Positions 1 through 11,030 of a stretch of DNA of 64,000 bases are shown here, one piece after another (within the stretch, counting starts at the first letter, position 1; each line of letters opens with the position of its first letter). The notes below the pieces were generated by a model that was not told where the DNA came from, ran no database searches, and worked only from the letters and a program-made list of their open reading frames with translations. Position numbers and translations under genes: made by a program. The DNA is from Felis catus (taxonomy: Eukaryota): assembly GCF_018350175.1 (NCBI RefSeq), contig NC_058382.1:52826001-52890000 (forward strand), given 5' to 3'.

Positions 1-679
1 GATTATTGACTTCCATGCCTACCTTGGGAGAAATCGCCACTTGGTCTGTGTCTACACAGACCTGAGAGAAGAAGAGATTTGACGATGGTCTGATTAATTG
101 AATCAGTGGTTTGGGGGAGTGGGCTGTCTGTATTGATCCAATTAAATAGATAATTGTCAGAATTGAGGTCATGTCTATAAAACACCACCATTTCAAAGCC
201 AAAGAGATTGTTTCAAATATATAATGCACACCCAATCAATGGCGGCTGCCTCCTCCACACGCAGTCAACCAGAAAGTGATTGATTCTATAGAGCTATAAA
301 CTGGGGTCTTTCCCATTTTTAGCAAACATTTATGCGCTAAATACAGTGCTTTGAATTTTTTGTTCCCCGTAGACCCAAGGGCAGTGATTCATTATGTGGA
401 TAAGGGGATGGGAATATTCAAGTCAAACGTTGGAGCGACGTAAGACTGCAAATAGTCCCTTTGAGGGGGGAAGAGAAAACCAAAGAGGTAGGCAAGCTGG
501 TATTCTCCATACCTGTGAGCTCAGGAAACATTACCTGAGTATATTGGATAGGCAGGGGAGACTCTGGGCTCTCTTAGGGTGTTCCTTTATGGCAGCCACC
601 CTGAAGTGCAGACTTTAACTCCCGGTGAGTGGTCAAGTAGAAAGGGAAAAGGAAGAAAGCAGAGGGCTTGACTTTAATT

Positions 680-820
680 TCCATATCAGATTTGAGACCC
701 AGTCTCACCACTAACTAGCTGGTGATTTTAGACAAGGTAGGCGACCACCCTGATCCTCAGTGTTCTGTCACCTACCTAACGAGGGTAAACATACTTGATT
801 CATTGCGTAGCTGTGTCTAT
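680..820 (+). mobile_element. MIR fragment
   Basis: CCCAGTCTCACCACTAACTAGCTGGTGATTTTAGACAAG...CCTCAGT resembles the MIR core. Confidence 0.55.
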
Positions 821-984
821 ACCACGCACACGGTCAAGGTTGGTTAGCCTGCTACTTCTCTACTGACGCCCGCCAAAGAGAGGAACTGGTTGCTAGCAGT
901 TTTCATCTGAAACGTGGCAAGAGGCCTGCCCTTCTTGTCTCACAGGCACTACAGCAGTCAGTATTCGCCCGGACAGCTGATGAA

Positions 985-1173
985 CACCCATCGCCTGCCA
1001 GCTGTGTCGCAATGAGCAATAACTTAATTTTTTGCACCTCAGTTTCTTCATCTGTAAAGTGGGATGATAATACCCACCATAGGGTGGTGGGGAGGATTGA
1101 AGGCATCAATAATCCCCGTGCAGCATGAAAAGACAGTCCAGGCTCATAGAAACTGATCAATAAATGCTAGTTA
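985..1173 (+). mobile_element. MIR SINE (core and 3' part)
   Basis: CCTCAGTTTCTTCATCTGTAAAGTGGGATGATAATACC...AGGATT...CAATAAATGCTAG. Confidence 0.8.
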
Positions 1174-1409
1174 TTTATTTTAAGTTTATTTCATTATTTT
1201 GAGAGAGAGATAGCGTGCACGAGCCGGGGCGGGGGGGGGGGGGGTGGAGCGGCAGAGAGAGAGGGAGAGAGAGAATCCCGAGCAGGCTCCGCGCTGTCAG
1301 CGCAGAGCCCGACGTGGGGCTTGAACCCACACACTGTGAGATCGAGGCGACCACACTGAGGCGAAGTCAAGAGCTGGACACCCGACCAGCCGAACCACCC
1401 AGGCACCCC
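1174..1409 (-). mobile_element. Carnivore SINE (CanSINE/SINEC_Fc-like)
   Basis: Reverse complement begins GGGGTGCCTGGGTGG, then CT tract and A-rich tail; decayed TSD ATAAATGCTAGTTA (1160-1173) / ATCAATGCTAATCA (1411-1424). Confidence 0.92.
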
Positions 1410-1929
1410 TATCAATGCTAATCACCTTTGTATTAGTAAATCAGCATTCCAGTTCGCTGGGTAGAAAGGGAGACATGGGACACTCCAGGCAGACGAGGTA
1501 ATGAGATCAATAGACAAGAAAGGAAAAGTGCTGTAATGCAAAGCTGTCTGCAGATACGGGGCGGGGGGCGGTGGGGGGGAGGTCAATGCCTAAGTTGGTG
1601 CATCTTCCCACACACGGAGTAGATTCTTCTTCCGGCCTGCCATTTTGGCGTCTCTGAAAACAGCTGGCCGTCTTTAGGTTTGGCGTGTTGACTTCCACCA
1701 CAAAAGTGGAAAACGCAGGTAGCCGGCTGTTGACAGATTTTTCTTTTTAAGTGAAGGAATATGTTAATGGGCTTAGCCTGACAAGGAGCTATCGGATGGT
1801 GGGTAACTAAATAGATCACCCCAAGTTGTTTCGCAAGGGTAGAAGACCGAGGGGTTACAGAAGCTTTAGAAGTTTGTTCTCAGGGAGGGCAGAAGATGTG
1901 GTGTTTGTTTTGTTGTTGCTGTCTGTTCG

Positions 1930-2035
1930 GTTCAAAGCTGTGTCTCTGCTGGTGGTCTGGTGCTTGGCACATAAGAGGCTTTTATTATATACTTGATGAG
2001 TAAATAAATGAATGAGTGAGTGAGTGAGTGAATGG
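1930..2035 (+). mobile_element. L2 3' end
   Basis: GTGCTTGGCACATAAGAGG...TAAATGAATGAGTGAGTGA, typical L2 terminus. Confidence 0.6.
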
Positions 2036-2272
2036 AGGGAGGAAGGGAAAGGGGGAAGGAAGGAGGGAGGAAGGGAGGGAGGGAGGGAGGAAGGAGGGGA
2101 GGGAAGGAAGGGAGGGAGGGAAGAAGGAAGGAAGGAAAGGAGGGAGGGAGGGAAGAAGGAAGGAAGGGAGAGGGAGGAAGGAAGGGTGGGAGGGAGAGAG
2201 GGAAGGAAGGGAGGGAGGGAAGAAGGAAGAAGGGAAGGGGGGAATGAAGGGAGGGAGGAAGGAAGGGAGGGA
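2036..2272 (+). repeat. Polypurine (GGAA/GGGA)n low-complexity tract
   Basis: About 237 bp of almost exclusively G/A. Confidence 0.97.
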
Positions 2273-2471
2273 GCGCTGAACCCGATGTCCATAGTAAAGA
2301 CAATGCAAAGGCATCCCACGGATCTCTTCGTAGTAGACTGGGCTTTCAGGCCCTTTGCCTCCCTTTGATGGGCACGCCCTTGGAGGATTTGAGTGCCGCC
2401 CTGGGTCGCGGATACTGGTTGCAATGATGAGGGCCGCCAGGTCCCTGCTCTGGGAGAAACTCGCACTTTGT

Positions 2472-2995
2472 TCGGGGTTCTTCCCTTTTTTGAACCACAG
2501 ACAACCTCGGGCACCTAGTGGAACCTACAGAAGGCTTCTCAGCCTAATGTTTTGTATTTTTTTACTTCCCTCCCCCCCAGAATAACGTTTTTAAATGCAT
2601 GATCTAAACTACAGAGAATCACAAAGGAAACCAATTATATTGAAATACAGCCTTCCAAATATTGAAACTTGCAGTCTAGTAATAAATGTTCCTCCTAATT
2701 AACCCATTCAATAACTCATCTAGTGGTGGGTCCATTAACTTCTGATTATCAAAGTAGTGGTTGAAAATGGTATTTTGAGATACCAGCTACCACCCTCATG
2801 TCATATGAAAAATATCCATGATTTCTGCTGTGATAAACGCGCAGACGCCTCAAATATCATCGCAGCTTGTCACCGCCATGAAGGAAATGGTCAATTTCAG
2901 CCAGGGGTTAATGAAACGAAAAGGTACCATCTCGTCCAGCCCGGCACACCCTGTCTCTCTGGAACGGTACCCGCGACACCCGGATTAAGGACCCT
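2472..2995. mobile_element. MER119-like hAT-Charlie DNA transposon
   Basis: AATAACGTTTTTAAATGCAT...CACAAAGGAAACCAATTATATTGAAATACAG; decayed terminal inverted repeats GGGGTTCTT...TTAAGGACCCT. Confidence 0.75.
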
Positions 2996-3469
2996 CTTCT
3001 CGTTTGTGCTTGTTTCCTGGTAACAAAGTGGTGGAAGGACCTGCAGGACGTGCCCGTACAGGGAGCCAGGGGGTTACGTGGAGCGGGAATCACCTGGGGT
3101 CCGCACCAGCACCTGCGTCACCGGCTGAGAACAAACGCGCGTGTCTAGAGCTCACCGCAGGCACCTAGTAGGTGCTCCCTCTGTCGTAGCCTTTGTTGTT
3201 GACCAGCTTTGACAGTATGAGCTGGAGGGGGGGAGGCAAAGGCAGAGACAGCTGCAGGGAGCAGGTATCCCCAGGGCAGGGGAAACCTCGAGTGCAAAGG
3301 AGCGCGGAGCGCCCTGCTTTGGCCAGAGATTGAAGTGGGGGAGGACGGGGAGCGGGGGACAGTGACAAGCCTGAGGGATGGAGCTTCTGGCTGGCATCGG
3401 CGTCCAGTGGACTTAGCTGGCAAGCGCCTGGGACACTCTGCTGTCTCTAAGGGGGGGGGGAAGACTGGC

Positions 3470-3850
3470 CGGGGGGAGGGGGGCGGCGAGAGAACCTTCC
3501 GGCAATCTGCCCCACAGCAGCCCCAGTCGGTATCAGGCCTATTGGCTCATCTGTAATTTCTTGGACCTGCCCCCGTAGCTAGTAAATAAAGCTGTCTACT
3601 TTAAATTTCGTCCCGGCGTCCTTTTACAGCCTCTCTTCCTCGGAGCCGAGTCCCATTATATTCCGAAAGCATATGTTCCCGACGATTGTTCCTTCTCTTT
3701 CCAATAATATCTTTGCAGGACAAAGAGGGATGGGGAAGGGAACGCACTCTCAGGATGTCAGCCCCCGCTTTAATTACAAGTGTTCGTGGCTGTGGCATTC
3801 ATGTAATTGGGGGGCTGATTTATGCCAAATAATAAGCACTGATGCGAGGG
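3470..3850. promoter_or_regulatory. Candidate promoter/enhancer
   Basis: GC box 3480-3486, ETS CTTCCGG 3496-3502, inverted CCAAT 3539-3547, TGATTTAT 3816-3823; CpG-rich context with no recognised repeat. Confidence 0.35.
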
Positions 3851-3979
3851 GCTGGAGCCCAAAGGGGGGGTACAAGCAGAGGCAGCAGCGCCCCCCCCCC
3901 AGGCCTGGAACGGGGGCGGCACATGTCAGTGGCTTTTCTCAGAAACACGCAGGGGCCGGCTGGGAATAACACCGCGGGC

Positions 3980-4215
3980 CTGGCTCTGGACACAGAGTCC
4001 CTGCTTTGCCCTTTGCTCCCCCTGTGACCTTGCAGCAAGGTATTTATTTGCCTCCTCTGAGCACTAATTTCCTCATCTGCAAAAAAGTGCATCTGATCAT
4101 GGTACCTGTGGCTTGGGCGGGGGGTGGGGGGTTGGAGGACTAAGTAGGATAATCGAAAGAAGGAGTTGAGCACCGCGCCTGGTAGATAGCAAGTGCTCAG
4201 TGCCCGTTGAATTGT
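3980..4215 (+). mobile_element. MIR SINE
   Basis: CTGTGACCTTGCAGCAAG...TTTCCTCATCTGCAAAA...GCCTGGTAGATAGCAAGTGCTCA. Confidence 0.75.
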
Positions 4216-4759
4216 GGAAAAAATAATAATAATAACACCTGCAACAACCACGACCGTCGTAGCAACAACAATCATGTTCAACTACGCGTTCAGTTTAAGG
4301 AGAGGGAATGTGACCCGGGGGCTTTTTCATGAGATATATGGCACACACTTGACCTAATGGAAAGCTTGAAAGCAATTGGATGGGAACACAGCCTTCCATC
4401 TTCTTGAAGCCTCCCGAGCAGCGTAATACAAGAATTACTATTCTCTCTTTGCATTTATGCATCGCATTTCTCTGTTGGATTCAGAATGCTTTATAGGGCC
4501 CCGATCCGCTTCCAGCATTCTCTTCGCTATAAACTCTGGGAGAGATGAGGCACGTTCATGGTTTCCTCGAGTAGTTTACTCAGTGGTGCCTTGGGGTCCC
4601 AGAGGCCAAAGGAGTGGACTGCTCCTCCCGGAGTGCTCGGGGCGTGTCCAGCGTGATTGCTGGCCGCGAGACTGGACGCTCGTCGTGGGGCCCCCCTGTA
4701 AGGTCTGAGGAGGCTGGTGACCCTCTGGCATCGGCAAAACGGCGTGCCTTAAGCAGGAA

Positions 4760-5125
4760 TGGCAGTAAAAAGAGAGGAGTTACTGATCCACGCTACAACA
4801 CCGATGTGCCTTGAAGACATTATGCTGAGATAAGCCAGGCGCAAAAGACCACATGTCCCATGATGCCGCGTGTGTGAAATGTCCAGGGTGGGCCAGTCCA
4901 CGAACAGAAGGAAGGTCAGCGGCTGCAGGGGCAGGGGGCAAGGGTGATACGGAGCAGCTGCCTCAGGGATGTGGGGCTTCATTTGGGGGTGATGAAAATG
5001 TTCCGGAATGAGGTAGGGGTGATGGTTGCACAACCTTATGAATACGCTAAAATCTCCTGAACTGTGCACTTTAAAAGGGCGAGTTTTATGGTATGTAAAT
5101 TGTGTCTCGGTTTTTACCGTTATAA
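4760..5125 (+). mobile_element. Old L1 (L1MB-like) 3' end
   Basis: GCTACAAC...CCTTGAAGACATTATGCT...GGGTGATGAAAATGTTC...TGATGGTTGCACAAC...ACTTTAAAAGGG. Confidence 0.85.
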
Positions 5126-5941
5126 AGGCACGCATCGGGGAGACCCTGTGCGTCGGGCCACCTAATCATGAGAAATGCCCCCAAACCGGAGGCTCCGAAA
5201 GGGCCCCTCCAGACAGGCTGCAGGTCCTAGGAGGGAACTGAATAAGTATGGATGTGTGCATGAGCTTGTAAACCTATGCACTTGACAGCTAACTGGTGGC
5301 TTGAGGCCTCCCAGCCACGGGGAAGGCCCCGTGCAAACAGAGACATGCAGCACATATGTGCCCGTCGGACACAAAGCCACCACGGGGCGGTGGGCGGGGG
5401 GAGGCTCAGACCCAAGAAGCCTCCATCCGAGAACTTGGCAGTGCAGTGCCTGCATTTTCAATGAGCCCCCATTTCTTTAGCCCTGTGTTTTCCTGAGGGA
5501 GATGCCCCTGGCATCTTTCAAGACGAATGGTGTCACCTTTTGAACAAACATAGGCACGATGGGAGGCTGAGGAGGGCCAGCAGGAAGGCTGTGGCCCTGA
5601 GTGGTTAATGAACTGAGCCTTGTATAGACTTGTAAGACCATTGCTAGCAGGTGAATAGAGCCGAGCCCGTAGGGGAGGAGCTGGTCTCCGCTTCCTTCCC
5701 CTTTCCCAAGGGCAGTGAGGAGCCGCAGAGGTTCTTTTGAGCAGAGGAAAGGTAGGGTTGCATTTCTTCCCCCAGAGATGGCATCACTGACCTTGGAGAC
5801 AGCGAGGTTGGTTCAGAAGTCTTTCAGTCGTCTGTATAGGCCTGAACTAAGCAGCTTCCTGTAGTGGGTTCAGTAGTGGCCCCCAAAAGACATGTCTACT
5901 CAAAACTGTGGTTGGGACCTTGTTTAGAAAAAGGGTCTTTT

Positions 5942-6170
5942 GGGGCACCTGGGTGGCACAGTCAGTTAAGCGTCTGACTTCAGCCAGGTCATGATCTCGC
6001 AATTCGTGAGTTTGAGCTCCGCGTCAGGCTCTGGGCTGATGGCTCAGAGCCTGGAGCCTGTTTCCGATTCTGTGTCTCCCTCTCTCTCTGCCCCTCCCCC
6101 GTTCATGCTCTGTCTCTCTCTGTCCCAAAAATAAATAAACGTTCAAAAAAGGAAATTTTTAAAAAGAAAA
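5942..6170 (+). mobile_element. SINEC_Fc-like SINE
   Basis: Full head, CT tract and tail; TSD AGAAAAAGGGTCTTTT (5926-5941) / AGAAAAAGGATCTTTT (6171-6186). Confidence 0.97.
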
Positions 6171-6362
6171 AGAAAAAGGATCTTTTTAGATGTAATTAAC
6201 CTAAAGATCTCACAGTGAGATCATCACGCGTTAACTGGGTGGGCCCCAAATCCAATGGTGAGTGTTTCATTGTAGAGACCTGAAGGGGAGGAGACACAGA
6301 CAAGGCCACCTTGAAAACAGAGGAAGAGACTGGACTGATGTGTTTACAAGCCAAGGAGTTCT

Positions 6363-9285
6363 TTTCTTTCTTTTTAATTTTATTTTTTATTTTTTAAAAT
6401 TTACATCCAAATTAGTTTAGCATATAGTGAAACAATGATTTCAGGAGTAGATTCCTTAGTGCCCTTTACCCATTTAGCCCATCCCCCCTCCCACCACCCC
6501 TCCAGTAACCCTCAGTTTGTTCTCTATACTTATGAGTCTCTTCTGTTTTGTCCCCCTCCCTGTTTTTATATTATTTTTGCTTCCCTTCTCTTATATTCAT
6601 CTGTTTCGTCTCTTAAAGTCCTCCTATGAGTGAAGTCATATGATTTTTGTCTTTCTCTGACTAATTTCACTTAGCATAATACCCTCCAGTTCCATCCACG
6701 TAGTTGCAAATGGCAGGATTTCGTTGTTTTTGATTGCCGAGTAATACTCCATTGTATGTACATATATACATATATGCGCCACATTTTCTTTATCCACTCA
6801 TCCATCGAGGGACATTTGGGCTTTTTCCATACTTTGGCTATTGTTGATAGTGCTGCTATAAACATGGGGGTGCATGTGTCCCTTCGAAACAGCGCACCTC
6901 TATCCCTTGGATAAATACCTAGTAGTGCAACTGCTGGGTCGTAGTGTAGTTCTATTTTTAGTTTTTTGAGGAACCTCCATACTGTTTTCCAGAGTGGCTG
7001 CACCAGCTTGCATTGCCACCAAAAATGCAAAAGAGATCCTCTTTCTCGGCATCCTCGCCAACATCTGTCATTGCCTGAGTTGTAAATGTTAGCCATTCTG
7101 ACAGGTGTCAGGTGGTATCTCATTGTGATTTTGATTTGTATTTCCCTGATGATGAGTGAGTGATGTTAGCATTTTTTCATGTGTCGGTTGGCCATCTGGA
7201 TGTCTTCCTTGGAGAAGTGTCTATTCATGTCTTTTGCCCATTTCTTCACTGGATTATTTGTTTTTTTGGGTGTTGAGTTTGATAAGTTCTTTCTAGATTT
7301 TGGATACTAACCCTTTATCTGATATGTCATTTGCAAATATCTTCTCCCATTCTGTCGGTTGCCTTTTAGTTTTGCTGATTGTTTCCTTCTCTGTGCAGAA
7401 GCTTTTTATTTGGATGAGGTCCCAGTAGTTCATTTTTGCTTTTGTTTCCCATGCTTCCAGAGATGTGTTGAGTAAGAAGTTGCTGTGGGCAAGATCAAAG
7501 AGGTTTTGCCTGCTTTCTCCTCAAAGATTTTGATGGTTTTCTGTCTTACATTTAGGCCTTTCATCCATTTTGAGTTTATTTTTGTGTCTGGTGTAAGAAA
7601 GTGGTCCAGATTCATTCTTTTGCATGTCTCTGTCCAGTTTTCCCAGCACCACTTGCTGAAGACACTGTCTTTTTTCCATCGGATATTCTTTCCTGCTTTG
7701 TCACAGATTTGTTGGCCACATATTTGTGGGTCCATTTCTGGGTTTTCTATTCTGTTCCATTGATCTGAGTGTCTGTTCTTGTGCCAGGACCATCCTGTCT
7801 TGATGATTACAGCTTTGTAGTATAGCTTGAAGTCCAGGATTGTGATGCCTCCTGCTTTGGTTTTCTTTTTCAAGATCGCTTTGGCCATTCGGGGTCCTTT
7901 ATGATTCCATACAAATTTTAGGATTATTTGTTCTAGCTCTGTGAAGAATGCTGGTGTCATTCTGACAGGGACTGCATTGAATATGTAGACTGCTTTGGGT
8001 AGTATCGACATTTTAACAATATTTGTTCTTCCTCTCCAGGGGCGTGGAATCTTTTTCCCTATTTTTGTGTCTTCTTCAATTTCTTTCATAAGCTTTCTAT
8101 AGTTTTCAGTGTATAGGTTTTTCAGCTCTTTGGTTAGATTTATTCCTAGGTATTTTATGGTTTTTTGTGCAACTGTAAATGGGATCGATTTCTTGATTTC
8201 TCTTTCTGTTGCTTCATTGTTGGTGTATAGGCATAGGTGTATAGGAATGCATTGACTTTATATCCCGCAACTTTGCTGAATTCATGAATCAGTTCTAGCA
8301 GTTTTTTGGTGGAATCTTTAGGGTTTTCCATATAGAGTATCATGTCATCTGTGAAGAGTGAACGTTTGACCTCCTCCTGGTCAATTTAGATGCCTTTTAT
8401 TTCTTTGTGTTGTCTGATTGCAGAGGCTAAGACTTCCAATACTATGTTGAATAACAGTGGCGAGAGTGGACATCCCTGTCTTGTTCCTGACCTTAGGGAG
8501 AAAGCTCTCAGTTTTTCCCCATTGAGGATGCTATTAGCATTGGGTCATTCATATATGGCTTTTATGATCTCGAGGTATTCTCCTTCTATCCCCACTTTCT
8601 TGAGGGTTTTTATCAAGAAAGGATGCTGTATTTTGTCAAATGTTTTCTCTGCATCTATTGAGAGGATCATATGGTTCTGGTCCTTTCTTTTATTGATGTG
8701 ATGAATCACATTAATTGTTTTGTGGGTATTGAACCAGCCCTGCATCCCAGGTATAAATCCCACTTGGTCGTGGTGAATAATTTTTTTGACATATTGTTGT
8801 ATCCGTTTGGCTAATATCTTGTTGAGGATTTTTGCAACCATGTTCATCAGGGAAACTGGTCTATAGTTCTCTTTTTTCGTGGGGTCTCAGTCTGGTTTTG
8901 GAATCAAGGTAATGCTGGCTTCATAGAAAGAGTTTGGAAGTTTTCCTTCCATTTCTATTTTTTGAAACAGTTTCAAGAGAATAGGCGTTAACTCTTCCTT
9001 AAATGTTTGGTAGAATTCCCTTGGAAAGCCATCTGGCCCTGGACTCTTGTTTTTTGGCAGATTTTTTTATTACTAATTCGATTTCCTTATTGGTTATGGG
9101 TCTGTTCAAATTTTCTATTTCTTCCTGTTTCAGTTTTGGTAGTGTATATGTTTCTAGGAATTTGTCCATTTCTTCTAGATTACCCATTTTATTGGCATAT
9201 AATTGCTCATAATATTCTCTTATTATTGTTTTTATTTCTGTTGTGTTGGTGGTGATCTCTCCTCTTTCATTCTTGACTTTATTTA
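6363..9285 (-). mobile_element. 5'-truncated carnivore/felid LINE-1
   Basis: ORF2 fragments, 3' UTR and A-rich tail; flanked by exact TTTACAAGCCAAGGAGTTCT at 6343-6362 and 9286-9305. Confidence 0.97.
6671..9187 (-). pseudogene. Disrupted L1 ORF2 (reverse transcriptase and C-terminal Cys-rich domain)
   Basis: Fragments 8999-9187, 8545-8847 ([16 protein letters not shown]), 8155-8343, 7430-8089 and 6671-7123 (CWRGC-x7-H-x4-C); RT motif FADD reads FTDD at 8344-8355; multiple frameshifts. Confidence 0.95.
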
Positions 9286-9669
9286 TTTACAAGCCAAGGA
9301 GTTCTGATTGCCAGCAGCCAAAAGAAAGGCATGGAAAAGGTTTTCCCTCAGAGCCTCCTGAAGGAACCAACCTTTCCAACACCTTGATTTTAAGCTCACG
9401 GCCTCCAGACTCTGAGAGAACAAATTTCTATTGTTTTAAGCTACCATACGCCCTTGGAAATAAGACGTCTCCTAATGGGCTCCTCCACATCCATTATGGT
9501 GAGCCTCAAACCCTCATCCGCCTTGTTGCCCTTTTCAGAACACCAACCTGATCAAGTTAACCCTCCATACCTCTATATTTTCTCATTCCCTTTAAGATAA
9601 TAATCAAATCTTTCTTTTCAGTCTGTTTCCTTTTCTTTGTGTCAGTCGACTGCCGTTCATCCGCTCTTA

Positions 9670-10040
9670 CCTACCACAGGGCCTTTGCACATCCCCTACC
9701 GGGGACACTCTTTCCCCTGCACCATCCTACTGGTCCTTCACATCTCAAGCGGAATCTTATGTCTTCCGAGATGCCCTCCCAAACTCACCTGACCAGGGCG
9801 GCTTCCGTTGCTGTGGGCTCCCCTATAACCATGTTCCTTTCCCTTCTTTCATTCATTCCAGTTTGCAGTCATATATTTGTTCAAGTGATCCCTGGTCAGT
9901 GTCCATCTTCTGCTCCCGACAGCAGTCTCCATCTAGAAGGAATGCTGCTTGCTTTCATGCACCATCCTACCTCCAGGGGAGAGTACAACCTGGGCCCATA
10001 GTAGGCTCTCAATTAATGCTTGATGACCACGGAGTGAATA
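9670..10040 (+). mobile_element. L2 3' region
   Basis: CAGGGCCTTTGCACAT...CCTGGGCCCATAGTAGGCTCTCAATTAATGCTTG. Confidence 0.7.
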
Positions 10041-10921
10041 AAGATGGGTTACAATAATAAAGTTGGTGGTGGTATTTAGTATAGCTTCTATGAAAAGTGA
10101 CAAATCCCAGCTTTCCCCATAGCATCATGATTGTGTCTTTCTTTGCATTAAGTGAGTGGCAAGGAGCCAGGCCATTTTTTAGAATCTATCCTATAGACCT
10201 CTCTCCTTCCCATTTTATGCCAAGTCTGTTGATGCTAAGAAGAACCTTCTAGTGAGTAGAAACAGATAACTTCGGTCTGTTTATCATTTTGAAAAACCCA
10301 GTTCCCCATACTGGAGACCATTCAGTTGCATGCAGCAGCTGTCATTCATAGGGACCTGTGTTCTGAATTAATGGGATCTGCACATCTCTTCCCTTTGAAT
10401 CATGTGGACCTGATCAGTGCTTCAAACCAGGCTTTCAAAAGGAATACCACCACAAAGATGTTTATGTTCTCGCTGCTTCGCCGCACGTAAGTCAGGACTC
10501 ACTCCCTGAGGCGGAAGAAGCAGTGTTTCTCCCAACCGGGTTGTGGTTGTCTGGTATCTTCTAAAGACCCCCAAACATAGGATGGATACCACTGCATTTC
10601 TTAGAGGTAGGGCAAGGTAGCAAAGGTGGGAAGTTCACTTAGCTGTCCTGCATGTCCTTGATACTTGGCATAGTGCCTGGCAAATGGAAAGTGCCCACTG
10701 GGTGTCCTCGGCTGATATTATGACTGTTCCATTAAGCATATCCAAACCACGGCTACATCCAGTGCAGGAATTACACCTGTGTTTTCACAGAAAACACCAG
10801 ACGCAGAGTGGAATGCTTACCCGTGGTGTTTGTTTAGCCCACCAATGAGCCACTGCTGGTCCTCTATCGAAGAGCTGTTGGAAAAGCCCAGATTGTACCA
10901 TGTTTTCTTCCTTCCCCAGCC

Positions 10922-11030
10922 TCTCTTCCTCTCTCCCCCCACTCCCTCCCTCCCTCCCTCCCTCCCTTCCTTCCTTCCTTCCTTCCTTCCTTCCTTCCTT
11001 CCTTCCTCCATCCCGCCCTCCCTCTTCACC
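10922..11030 (+). repeat. (CCCT)n/(CCTT)n polypyrimidine tract
   Basis: Read directly from the sequence. Confidence 0.95.

Larger units (their letters stand above)
5860..9467 (+). mobile_element. MLT1 (MaLR, MLT1B/C-like) solo LTR in three pieces, interrupted by a SINE and an L1
   Basis: Starts TGTAGTGGGTT...CCCCAAAAGA; continues 6187-6362 (GATGTAATTAA, CCAAATCCAATG, ACAAGCCAAGGA); resumes 9306-9467 (CCTCCAGACTCTGAGAGAACAAATTTCTATTGTTTTAAG). Confidence 0.85.

Noticed and set aside
1855..2514. 219-aa Pro/Ser/Leu-rich ORF and overlapping Gly/Arg/Glu-rich ORFs
   Set aside because: Artefacts of the stop-free GGAA/GGGA tract; the same applies at 10779-11063 and 36788-37000.
5942..6020. tRNA-like A/B boxes at SINE heads
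   Set aside because: These are tRNA-derived heads of carnivore SINEs followed by a CT tract and A tail, not tRNA genes.
7485..9255. Plus-strand ORFs over the L1
   Set aside because: Antisense shadows of L1 ORF2.
6363..9285. Active L1
   Set aside because: Lacks 5' UTR, ORF1 and the endonuclease domain; ORF2 is frameshifted and the RT motif reads FTDD.
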